Shown here one piece after another: positions 11,715 to 22,259 of a stretch of 64,000 nt of DNA. A program made the position numbers and the translations under genes. Within the stretch, counting starts at the first letter, position 1. Every line of letters starts with the position of its first letter. The notes beneath the pieces were generated by a model, which made no database searches, was not told where the DNA came from, and saw only the letters and a list, made by a program, of their open reading frames with translations. The DNA comes from an uncultured bacterium. GTDB lineage: Bacteria > Chloroflexota > UBA5177 > JANWHV01. The DNA lies in assembly GCA_963827235.1 (NCBI GenBank), contig CAWHAE010000009.1, forward strand, positions 416,001 through 480,000, given 5' to 3'.

Positions 11715-12695
11715 GTGAACCTGCTTGGCATTCACCACGTCACGGCCGTAACCGGCCGGGCAGCCGACAACCTTGCGTTCTACACGCAGGTGCTGGGCAT
11801 GCGCTTGGTCAAAAAGACCGTGAACCAGGACGACGTCTCGGCCTATCACCTCTTTTATGCCGATGCCGCCGGCAATCCGGGAACCGAGCTCACCTTTTTC
11901 GATTGGCCCCGGGCCATTCGCCGCCGTCCCGGCGCCGGCACCGTAGCAGCCACGGGTCTGCGCGTGCCTGCCGCGGCGCTCGATTGGTGGGCCAAGAGGC
12001 TCACCGCCCAGGGCGCGAAGACGGAGGAGATCGCGCAGCGCGCCGGCAGACGAACACTCGCCTTCACCGATCCGGAGGGACAACGCCTGCAGCTGATCGA
12101 CGACGGTGAGGCCGCCGGGACCCCATGGACCGGCAGCCCCGTGCCGCCGGAAATGACCATCCGCGGCCTTGGCGCCGTGACCACGACGGTCACGCAGCTG
12201 GATGCAACCGCGTACACCTTGACCGAGGTCATGGGCTTCCGGCAGATCGGCGACTACGCGGCACCCGAGGATGGGCGGGCGGTGCTCGTGTATTCCACCG
12301 GCGATGGGGGACCAGGCGCCGAGGTACACATTGCCGTGCGTCCGGAGGCACCATACGGCGACGTGGGAATCGGCGGCGTGCATCACGTCGCCTTCCGCAC
12401 GCCGGATAGCGAGGAGCACCAGACGTGGCAGAAGCGGCTGCTCGCCGCGGGCCTGCGTCCGACTCCCGTGATCGACCGCTATTACTTCCGCTCGCTCTAC
12501 TTCCGCGAGCCCGGCGGCGTTCTCTTCGAGATCGCCACCGATGGTCCGGGCTTTGCCACGGACGAGGATGCCGAGCACCTGGGCGAGCGGTTGTCCCTAC
12601 CGCCGTTCCTGGAGCCACGTCGCGCGGAGATCGAGGCCAATCTGCGGCCGCTTCCCACCGTCCAGCCATGGCATGAGCAGGCGGTGGCGCGATGA
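11715..12695 (+). CDS. Ring-cleaving dioxygenase, glyoxalase/VOC family (MhqO/MhqA-like)
   Basis: GIHHVTA, KKTVNQDD..YHLFY, HHVAFR, DRYYFRSLYFREPGGVLFEIATDGPGF. Confidence 0.92.
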   Translation: MNLLGIHHVTAVTGRAADNLAFYTQVLGMRLVKKTVNQDDVSAYHLFYADAAGNPGTELTFFDWPRAIRRRPGAGTVAATGLRVPAAALDWWAKRLTAQGAKTEEIAQRAGRRTLAFTDPEGQRLQLIDDGEAAGTPWTGSPVPPEMTIRGLGAVTTTVTQLDATAYTLTEVMGFRQIGDYAAPEDGRAVLVYSTGDGGPGAEVHIAVRPEAPYGDVGIGGVHHVAFRTPDSEEHQTWQKRLLAAGLRPTPVIDRYYFRSLYFREPGGVLFEIATDGPGFATDEDAEHLGERLSLPPFLEPRRAEIEANLRPLPTVQPWHEQAVAR

Positions 12696-13333
12696 CGGGT
12701 TCCGATCTCACCTTCGCCCACCGCTTCCTTCCGGCAGCGCAGCCCGGAGCACCCACGTTGTTGCTGCTGCACGGCACCGGCGGGAACGAGAACGATCTGC
12801 TCGACCTTGGCGCCCTGCTGTGGCCCGGTGCCGGCCGCTTGAGTCCTCGCGGCAAGGTGCTGGAGCAGGGCATGCCGCGTTTCTTCCGCCGGCTCGCCCC
12901 CGGCGTGTTCGACCTCGAAGACCTCCAGCTACGCACCAACGAGCTGGCGGACTTCGTGGTCGCCGCGGCGAGCGCGTATGGCTTCGATCCGGGCGGCGTC
13001 GTGGCCGCCGGCTACTCGAACGGCGCCAACGTAGCCGCCGAACTGATCCTGAGCCACCCGGGCTTGCTGGCCGGCGCCGTGCTGTTCCACGCGCTGCTGC
13101 CGAGAAAGCCCGCGGAGCTGCCCGATCTGGCCGGCCTGCCGGTGTTCCTTAGCGGCGGCCAAGCCGATCCCCTGATCGCGCCCGAGCAGACGAAGCAGCT
13201 GGCAGCCGTGCTCCAGGACGCCGGTGCCGCGGTAACACTGCATTGGGTGCCGGGCGGGCATAGACTCGGCCCCGCCGAGGCGGCGACCGCCCGCGATTGG
13301 CTGGCGACATCGATAGCTGCCGGCAGCAGCTGA
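12692..13333 (+). CDS. Alpha/beta hydrolase (MhqD-like carboxylesterase)
   Basis: LHGTGG.E, SPRG, RFFRR, GYSNGA, GGH; overlaps the dioxygenase stop (ATGA). Confidence 0.88.
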   Translation: MTGSDLTFAHRFLPAAQPGAPTLLLLHGTGGNENDLLDLGALLWPGAGRLSPRGKVLEQGMPRFFRRLAPGVFDLEDLQLRTNELADFVVAAASAYGFDPGGVVAAGYSNGANVAAELILSHPGLLAGAVLFHALLPRKPAELPDLAGLPVFLSGGQADPLIAPEQTKQLAAVLQDAGAAVTLHWVPGGHRLGPAEAATARDWLATSIAAGSS

Positions 13334-13405
13334 GCGGAACGGTCTGGGCGCCGGGACGGTGGAGTATGCTGAAGGCGTCGTTCTCACTCCACCAGAGCAT
13401 CAGGA

Positions 13406-14972
13406 ATGGATGGGCCGCCAATGGCTGAGCAGGTGTCGCGGGGCAGGATTTCCACCGACGGTCCGTGGTTCAAGGACGGCATGGGCAGAACCTTGCTGCT
13501 GCGCGGCGTCAATCTCGGCGGCAGCAGCAAGGTGCCGTACAAGCCGGACGGCGCCACGCACCTGCGAGAAGGCTTCTACGACCATCGCGACGTCTCGTTC
13601 GTAGGCAGGCCGTTTCCCCTGCGGGAAGCAGACGAGCACCTCGAGCGTCTGCGCGCCTGGGGGCTCACGTTCCTGCGCCTGCTCGTGCCATGGGAAGCCG
13701 TGGAGCACGCCGGGCCCGGAATGTACGACGACGAGTACCTCGCCTATCTCCGCGCCGTGGTCGAGCGCGCGGGCCACCATGGGATCGACGTCTTCATCGA
13801 TCCCCACCAGGATGTCTGGAGCCGGTGGACGGGCGGAGACGGCGCCCCCGGCTGGACCCTGGAAGCAGTGGGCTTCGATCTCTCCAAGCTGGCCGTGACC
13901 GGTGCCGCTTTCACCCATCAGACGGTAGGAGACCCCTTCCCGCGCATGATCTGGTCCAGCAACTACGCCCGCCTGGGCTGCGCCACCATGTTTACCCTGT
14001 TCCTGGCAGGTAATGACGTGGCGCCTCGCACCACGATCGAAGGCGTGCCGGTGCAGGACTACCTGCAGAGTCACTTCGTCACGGCCATGGTGCGAGTGGC
14101 GCGGGCGCTCGAGGGGCTGGACAACGTGGCAGGCTACGACACGCTCAACGAGCCGCGTGCCGGCTACCTCGGCGTGCCCGACCTTGCCAGCCTGCGGGGC
14201 GCCAACTCCCGACTACGCGGTCCCATGCCCACGCCGTTCCAGGGCATGCTGCTGGGCTCCGGCTACCCGCAAGAAGTGGCCGTGTGGGACCACGGCGTCG
14301 AAGGCTACCACCAGGTGGGCACGACGCTGATGAACCCCGATGGCGTGCCGGTGTGGCGCCAGGGCTTCCGCGACGTCTGGCGCGAAAACGGCGTGTGGGA
14401 GGGCGGCAGGCTGCTGCAGCCACACTACTTCGCCCACGCCGCGGACTTTACCGACGGCTACATGGCGCCTTTCGTGGCGCGCTTCCGCGAAGCGATACGC
14501 GAGGTCGATCCGGAGGCCCTCATCTTCGTGGAAGGCGCCCCGGGTGGGAGGCACGTGCGATTCGCGCCCGATCAGGCCGGGGGCATCGTCAACGCCACGC
14601 ACTGGTACGACGTGCTGACCCTGTATACCAAGTCCTACCGGCTCGATCTCACGGAGGACTGGGAGACGAAACAGCCCGTACGCGGGCGCGAGGCCGTGCG
14701 GAAGTCCTATGCGGCTCAGCTCCGCGCCCTCCGGGAGGCCGGCGTGAGCGAGATGGGCGGCGCGCCCACGCTAATCGGTGAGTTCGGCCTGCCGTTCGAC
14801 CTCGACGACGGCGCTGCCTACCGCAGCGGCGACTTCTCCTCGCAGGTGGCCGCCCTCGACGCCTACGCCGCTGCCATGGACGCGAATCTGCTGAGCTTCA
14901 CGCTCTGGAACTATACGGCCGACAATAGCAACGAGCACGGGGATCAGTGGTGCGGCGAGGATCTCTCACTAT
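13406..14972 (+). CDS. GH5 endoglycoceramidase/sterylglucosidase-like glycoside hydrolase, 5' part (interrupted)
   Basis: RGVNL, WEAVEH.GPG.YD, DPHQDVWSR..GG.GAP, NEP (acid/base), GEFG (nucleophile), WNY...GD.W.GEDLS; family resemblance stops abruptly at 14972. Confidence 0.88.
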
Positions 14973-15000
14973 TGCAGTGTGGAGTGACTAGCGATATACT
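14972..15000 (+). promoter_or_regulatory. Putative integrase promoter overlapping attL
   Basis: TTGCAG(14972-14977)-N17-TATACT(14995-15000). Confidence 0.5.
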
Positions 15001-15005
15001 TCCTT

Positions 15006-16668
15006 ATGAGGGCAGAGAGATGGCCCCAAGGAAGGCAGGCACCAGTGGCAGCACCAGCACGACGGCCCGTCCAGCGTCCAGTCAGCGCAACCCGTGCGGC
15101 GGGATATCTCCGGGTATCCACAACGAAGCAAGGCGACGGGTTCAGCCCGGAATTGCAGGAAGAGGCAATCACCACCTACGCGGCGGATCATGGCCTAGAT
15201 CTTGTGCTTGTTGAACGTGACTTTGAGAGTGGACACCACAACGAACGGCCTGGTTATCAGCGCCTGCTAGGCATGATCCGGAGTGGCTACGTCGGCACGA
15301 TCATCGTGCACCAGCTTGACCGGTTGGGAGAGACAACAGCGGAACTGATGGTACGCCTGGAAGAGATGGAGAAGCTAGGCGTCAAGCTGATCTCGGTCAA
15401 GGAAGGCAAGCAAGAGCCCGGTATCCTGTTCGACGTGCTTGGGAGCATGGCCAAAGAATACTCGCGACAGCTAGGGAAGAAGGGCGCGACCGGCATTGGA
15501 GATGATGAGCGCGGCAAGGCGTGCACCACGGTGTTGTGCCGACAGGCTACAAGCTGGTGTACCCTGAGCGGATCGGAAGCGGGCGCTACCAGAGTGGCGT
15601 AATGACATCTGATGACACAGCACCATTTGTCCGCGAACTGTTCAGAAGTACGCGGACGGCATGTCACAGCGCTACTTGGCGCGATGGGCGAATGAGCCAG
15701 GACACCCGGCAGCACCGAAGAGTGCGGCATGGTCACGTGACACCCTGGCGCACCTGTTGCGCAACCGCACCTATCTTGGCGTAGTCGAGTACAACAAGCG
15801 GGCTAAAGGCCGGTTCAGTCAGTGCAACCCTGAAACGGATCGCTTCGTGGTCAAGGCCGATCACGAACCATTGATCGACCAAGCGCTGTTCGACCGCGTG
15901 CAAGCCCGGATAGCGGACGCGACCGAACGGGGCTTCCATGGGAAGAGAGACGAACGTCCGGAACCGCTGCTAGCGGGTGTCCTGCGGTGCGGATCGTGCG
16001 ACAGCAAGATGACCGTGCTGCGATGTGCGGATGAAGCGAAGCGGCAACCGCTGTACCTGTGGCGGGGAACGCGAGTGGTGAGATGACGTGCGAGACGTCC
16101 GCGATCACCATGGACGTAGCAGACAGGCCGTGCTGAACCAGATCCGCCGCGTGCGGTTCGTAGACAACTGGACGCGAGTACGCTTCAGCCGGTCGTGAGT
16201 GAACCCGATCCCCGTGACTTGCTGACCAAGCAGCTTGCCGCCGCACGGGCCAAGATGGAGAAGCTAAGCAGCGGCTTCATGCTGATGGTTGCCGAAGCGA
16301 GCGACGCGGAGAAGCAAGCCTACCGGAAGATCGCCAATGCGCTGAGCGATGAGATCATGGCACTGGAGCAAGCACTACGCGATCTGCCCAGCGCGAAGCG
16401 TGCGACAGAAGACGTCGAGGCATGGCGTGCAGAGTTCAGCAGGGTCGACCTAGGCGGGCTGATCGACGGGCTGCTAGCGACCGATCAGCGGGGCAAGCTG
16501 CGGCACGGGATCGCGGGAGTGGTTGACCAGCCACGATTGATGATCGCTTCCCGGAGAAGCGTTCGACGTGGGCACACGCTAGCGTCACGTGGTCACCCAA
16601 CCTTCAGGCTTTGGTTGACGCGGGTAGCGCTGTCCTGGCAGACGACGATCCGGGACCGGAGCGGTTGA
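15006..16668 (+). pseudogene. Large serine recombinase (integrase), in at least 4 frameshifted pieces
   Basis: GYLRVST..Q catalytic Ser, SG...RPG, LDRLG; recombinase domain P.GY, W....L..LLRN..YLG, HEPLID...F.RVQ; LLAGVLRCGSC zinc ribbon; coiled coil 16195-16668. Frameshifts may be sequencing errors. Confidence 0.88.
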
Positions 16669-16746
16669 CCAAGCAACAACGCCGCTCCGTGGCAATGCGC
16701 AAGTACCGCACGAAGGTGCGTGGACAGCAATAGCACCGTCATTCTG

Positions 16747-16782
16747 AAGCCCCTGTGTCCCACGATGCAGGGGCTTTCTTAT
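16747..16782 (+). terminator. Intrinsic terminator after the recombinase
   Basis: AAGCCCCTG...CAGGGGCTT stem followed by TCTTAT. Confidence 0.55.
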
Positions 16783-16968
16783 GCCCTGAAAAGGCTCGCG
16801 ATCACAAACCATTTTGACTTTTCGCTACGTCACTACGTCAGGTACCATACGTAGGTGAGAGCCTTCCGGACGTGGTACCACACCTCTGATACCCTTTTCC
16901 CATTTTCCGCTAGACGTGCAACAATGGCGTTATGGAAATTGCACAGAGGATTTAATTAGGGGGAGGGA

Positions 16969-17223
16969 ATGGACAGCCCAACGTTCTTGACCAAGAACAA
17001 GCGCGACTCCGGGCCGCGACGACCGCTGATGATCGGTATTCACGTCTCAGCGACCGAATACGAGGTGATCTTGCGCGATGCGGACGCGGCTGGCTTGTCG
17101 ATGGCAGCGTACGCACGACAGTTGATGCTGAAGAGGGGGCGGCTAGGGAGTGCTAGACAGGCAAGCGCACCGCGACCGGTTGATCCTGATGTTGCCCGGC
17201 GTGAGATCACCGAACTGTCGTGA
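16969..17223 (+). CDS. Ribbon-helix-helix protein (MobC/NikA-like)
   Basis: R..MIGIHVS..EYE.I...A.AAGLSMAAYAR; RBS GGGAGG. Confidence 0.65.
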   Translation: MDSPTFLTKNKRDSGPRRPLMIGIHVSATEYEVILRDADAAGLSMAAYARQLMLKRGRLGSARQASAPRPVDPDVARREITELS

Positions 17224-17802
17224 TTGGCGTTCGTTGCGGTGAAGCGGTCCGAAGCAAGCGCGGATCCGTATTTAGATCGAAAATCGGCAGTTCAGGGAGA
17301 AGGGTAGACCGGTCCAAACGAAGCCCGCATATCCTCGGGGGCCACGCTGATGGCGCCGGAATGAGAAAGACCCGGATCGGCACGACCAATGCCAATCGGG
17401 GTCTGAAGGGAAGGGGGCTACTCCCCTGCCATGTTCAACCACAAGTGTACACCAGTTGACGCGAGTTCGCGAGAGCCTTATCAGACTTCACTGTGGCAAA
17501 CCTTTCGGCCCGCATGGCCAATGCCGGTAACTTTCGATGGCATGCTCCTGGCCATTCCCGATGTCCTCCGCGATGGCGGGCCGATGCGTTACCCACGTCG
17601 CCTACGCCATCTGCGATAGCAGCGTGATCGCGCTAGGCGAAAGACACTCCGGCTGGGTCAATGAGCGCAGCAGCAGGAATGCGGTGCGTGCGCTGTGGTC
17701 AATTCGTAGGAAAGGCGTGCCACTGCGACCGCGACTGTTACGGGAATCTCAGGGATTCTGGAACAGCCGATCTTGGGGTTTCCCGCGCAAGAGCCGATCC
17801 CC

Positions 17803-18045
17803 ATGAGCAGCTATGCCAAGAAGCAGGAAGCGAGAATCGCTGCGCTGGAGGCCGCGAATGCCGCGCTCTTGCATGACAAGAACGAGTTTCAGCGCGAAGT
17901 CGAAGATCTTCGGCATGAGAATGACCGTTATCGCTTCCAGTTGGCGGGCGATGCACATGGTGAAGCGGAGCGCGAAAAGGTTGTGTGTGCGGCGATCATC
18001 GTGTCGCGCGGGATCAAGTGCTCTCTTCGGCATAGCGGCTCGTAA
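17803..18045 (+). CDS. Hypothetical coiled-coil protein (element-borne)
   Basis: Heptad-like RIAALEAANAAL...EVEDLRHEN. Confidence 0.4.
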   Translation: MSSYAKKQEARIAALEAANAALLHDKNEFQREVEDLRHENDRYRFQLAGDAHGEAEREKVVCAAIIVSRGIKCSLRHSGS

Positions 18046-18124
18046 CGATAGTGGGCATGAATTTGGCAAGCGCGTTTTCTCCCGATAGCACACCCGTTCA
18101 TGTGCGTTTGGGCGACTTCGCGGA

Positions 18125-18664
18125 ATGAACGGGTTTGAAGCGCGAAGACATCGGGCTGGCAGTGAAGGTGGCACACTATCGCGAGCACGGACGCGATTAG
18201 TGTTCACACTGCCGCCTGGCCAAGGGGGGCTGTCCAACGACCGAGATTTACTCAGCGGAGGCGACGGCACAGTGCGCGATGCCGATGGCCTCGAGCTCTC
18301 CAAGGAAAAGGACAAGGCGCGTCATGCCAAGAAACGGGAGAAGCGGCGGGAGCAGCAGCAGATGATGGAATCGGTGCTGACGGAGCAGTTTGCGGTACTG
18401 GAGGAGGTGGCGGAGATCGCAAAGCTGGGGTGTCCTGCCTGTCGAGGTCAACTTCTTGGAACCGGCTATGCCTGCGAGTCATGCGGTACGCGATTGATGG
18501 TCGATCAAATTATGGTCGACACTGATCGCGGTGCGAGGGGGTTATTAACCGAGTTGGTGAAAAACCTCCCTACTCAGAAAGATCTAATTAGCACCACCGA
18601 GTCGGTGAGAAGCCACCAGCGGCATGGCATCATGCATATACCCCAGCGAAGGGCAGCGCCATAA
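18125..18664 (+). CDS. Hypothetical zinc-ribbon protein (probably frameshifted)
   Basis: CPAC...CESCG motif after a basic helix. Confidence 0.4.
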   Translation: MNGFEARRHRAGSEGGTLSRARTRLVFTLPPGQGGLSNDRDLLSGGDGTVRDADGLELSKEKDKARHAKKREKRREQQQMMESVLTEQFAVLEEVAEIAKLGCPACRGQLLGTGYACESCGTRLMVDQIMVDTDRGARGLLTELVKNLPTQKDLISTTESVRSHQRHGIMHIPQRRAAP

Positions 18665-21600
18665 TGCACGCAGGCCTGCGCGACGTACTGCCGCGATGCC
18701 GTTGACGTGCAGGTTGGCGCTCAATGACCGGCGTGGCTGAGGGTGTACCCAGGTGTCTCAGAGGGGGGGCACGCAAATGGATTGCCTCAACGACGTCTGG
18801 AGCGATGGGTGGCAGCAGCGGAACGGGAAGCTGTAATATAAGAAACCTGGTGCTTAGGGCAACGGCCTAAAATATGGTTGCGCCACGGAAACGTCCGAAA
18901 AATCGATTCCAGCCGCGTGCTAATGAGGCACCCGCGCGTCCATGGCGTTGTCGCTCCATCGTACGGACCACGCTAATCCCGTTCGCATCACGGCAACTTC
19001 GTATAGGCAACACGAAGCGGAGGTGAAGCGGAGTGAAGACGAAGCAGGGAAGAGAGCCCGGAACGCCATGCCCAGCGCAAAGCAGGAAACATGCAGGAAG
19101 CTCACAGGGCGCACATGAGCGCAATCGCAGGCTGGCCGCTGGCAAGCGAAGCCACCGCGCCGAAAGCGTGTCCTGGGATGCAAATCGGGGTGCAGATACC
19201 GGCACTGTGGTAACTCCGGCATACATAGTGGAAAAAATTTGGTTAATGGCTGAGCCTGGTGGGCCAGCGTCGGCCGGCGGAAGGGCAAACTGACACTTTT
19301 CAGCGAGTGCGGCGCCAGATATTTGCAGGCAGTGGAGCAGAGGTGCCAAGGTATGAGCAGTGATTCTTTGAATAATAGAGATTCACAAGCCCGTGAGTGT
19401 ACTGCGGGGCCGGGGGCGGCGAAGCGCGCAAAAGAAGCAGCGGTGCGGGTGGTGGAGGCCGCACCAGCCCGGTTGCCCGGACGCGGCGGTCGCGTCGCAG
19501 CAGCTGGATGGGGAGCAGACCAAGCGCGGCGGGCGTAACCCGTCCACTAGGAGTCGAAAAGGCGGCGTTTTAGTCAGATGCCTGCCGCGCCGCTGGTCGC
19601 GGAAATTTTTTTTTTTTTTTTTTTTATGCTGCTGTGACCAGAATTATTTGTTCATCTGTCGCGGAGAGAGAGAGCGAACAACGTAAGAAAATTAGGAAGG
19701 CGCTAGCCGCACTGGAGCGGCAGGGCATGGTGGTTGATACCAGGCGGAATGTCCGCAGTCGTAGTGAGAAGCGGCTGATTCAGGGCCAAAGGCTGAGGCA
19801 AGGGAAGATCCGGGTTGATGGAAGCGAAAAGGCGTTACGGTTCGTGCAGGAGCGGGGGCAGGAAGGAAAAATGATGGTTAGTCGGAGGAAGTTTGATGTT
19901 CGGCGGATTGCGCTCGTGCGCAAAAGCCATCGTCCGGTCAACAGCGCAAATTACTGTGGTCAAATCTAAAGTTTTTTTAACGCTGCAACAGGAAATCACG
20001 GAGCTTGTTTCGAGATGCTATTCAAGAGGCGTTGAGCCAGCGCACGCCATAGCGCCGTTGCGGGGGACATAGCGCCTTTGGCTGGCTTATGGCAGCTGAG
20101 CGGAGGCGGGCAGCGGTACTGAGAAAATTGAATGTCTTTATTTTTTCCAGAAGGCTTCACAGGTATATGACGGATGCGGTCAGGGTCGCGCTAAATTTTT
20201 TTTAAATTCAGCCGGGGGAACGATCCAGGCGCCATTTCCGCCATGCGCGCCTACATTCACAACACCTTCAATTTCTGCCGCAGCCGGTATACGCGGAGAC
20301 GGTCGCGAAGTAATCAAAGGCGAATTGGCGATCAGACAGTTCGGCGAACGGTCAAACACCAGCCCAGAATTGCCAATGCGAAAGCATCTCGGGCGCCGTT
20401 ATTTGTAAGAAAAATATGGTGGATGCTGAGTGTGGCATCTCGCCACTACGGTTATGGCTATCTCAGGAATTGCCGCCACGCATGAACAAAAAGCAGGCGA
20501 ACCGTTCGCCGGTCTGACGCGGAGATCATCCGCAGCGGGTTGCGGCAAGCCGGGCACACCGGCGCGGCGCCCCGTGCCTGTCGCGCTGCTGGCTATGGCT
20601 TGGTCAGCAGGCCCTCAGCCAGCGTCCGACTTCCCTGAGGGCGAACGGCGCCCAACGACACCTGCCTGCGTCGGCGTACGGACGTGGGCAAGGATGCCGA
20701 TACGGTGCCGGGGCTATGGCGGGCACGTCACAGTATATGCTCGGGCGCGGGAGTGAATGCAGGCAAGGCCTGAGCGCGGCGTTCCCCGGACGGCGGCATA
20801 ATTTGGCAGCTGCCTATGGCGCACCGCCAAATCGGAACGAAAGCAAGAATTGCTACCAGAACCCTATCTGGTGCCCGGGGTGGCTTGTCATCTTCCTTGC
20901 AGCCGCGTGTCCAAGAGTGCGCCAGAGACCTTCAGCCAGGCTGTGTCGCGGTTGTGCGCAGGAGGGTGAGCCATGAGCGCCACAGCACAACTGGTCGCAC
21001 GGAGGAGCCCCGGAGCCCCGTATCCCCGGCCTCAGCGCCCAACATTGCGGGAGGAGGCCTCGCGGGGCCTCATGGCCAATTCAACGCAGGGATGCAGCAG
21101 CGTACATCCAGGTTTTCCATCTCCCTCCTGTGGCCACATTCTCCGGAGCCAGCGAGCTGGCCGTGGCCGGGGATCGTCGCTACCTCCTTCGCGGGGCTGC
21201 TGACTCAGGGCCAACGATTCGTCGGGATACCGGGCTGAACAGCGAGGTGGTAACGCTGTCGGCGGTCGCGGGCGGTGTAAACAACCTCTACGTTGTTGCC
21301 TTCACACCCGCGAAGAGGCAATGACACGATCTCCGTAGGCGCGCTGGGATCACTGCTCCGCTGCTGTCGGTAGGCGCCCCGGCTGGGTGCTTTTCAGCTA
21401 TGGAACAGCCCGCTCTGCATGGCGAATGGCATCGTTGTGGCTGTAAAGGTACTCGCGAACGGCAGCGGCGCACCAGAACTGGCGCAGGTTTGCACTTTTA
21501 GCGTAGCGTGAGGGGGCAGGCGATGGCAGGGCAAAGAGAGTCTTTAACGTGTGACGGCGTAAGGCGCCTTATGGCGCGCGCAAAGCGAAATAAATAGGGC

Positions 21601-22259
21601 ATTTCCGCAGGGGGCCACTCGGAATCGTCGGCCATAACGCGTAGTAGCGTTCTGGGCTTGCTGGCTGATGATTCGCTCGGCGCCCTGCCGGCAGTACGGC
21701 GTTGCCGGAGCATACCGCCGTGGTCGCTTACTGCCGGCACAACACCTCACGGTGAACTCAGCCATAGGAGCGCGAACTGTGCAGATAGGTACACTAGCGG
21801 ATCGCTTCTCGACAGGCGTGGTTTGGATTCTTGCACAGGACGGAACGGCGTAGTTAGCGGGCTGAAGGATAAATGAGGGTTAGGGCGATGGCAAGCAAAA
21901 CCACATTCCCACGGCCTTGACATCGGGCGGCGGCTTCATGGGAAGTGGACAAAGCTCTACGCCGCACCAGAAACGAATCCCACACGGCGGACGGTGCAAT
22001 CTGTGTGGGCGTAGGTTTTCAACGGCGCAGCTGCGAGCGTCGTGTTGGGTGTCACCGCCCCGACAGATGGGCGTTGTTCGTGCCAGCGGGCTTAATCCTA
22101 ACATGGAGTTTTTGCCTTACGGGGTGGCAGTATGAACTGGGTGTTGCGGTAGCCGGAACTTCCTCGTTAACGGCAGCGGGGTACCTAGGGCACCACTGAC
22201 GGTCACGCTGACCACTGGTCTAGCGAGCGCTGAAGGGAAAGGGCAGGACGATGCAGAGA

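Noticed and set aside
14973-15214. C-terminal 80 aa of the 602-aa ORF treated as genuine GH5 sequence
   Set aside because: It is read-through into the inserted element; the true C-terminus lies at 25873-26202
19606-19625. Poly-T as a retroelement tail or phase-variable tract
   Set aside because: Lies in apparently low-quality sequence with no associated ORF, reverse transcriptase or target duplication
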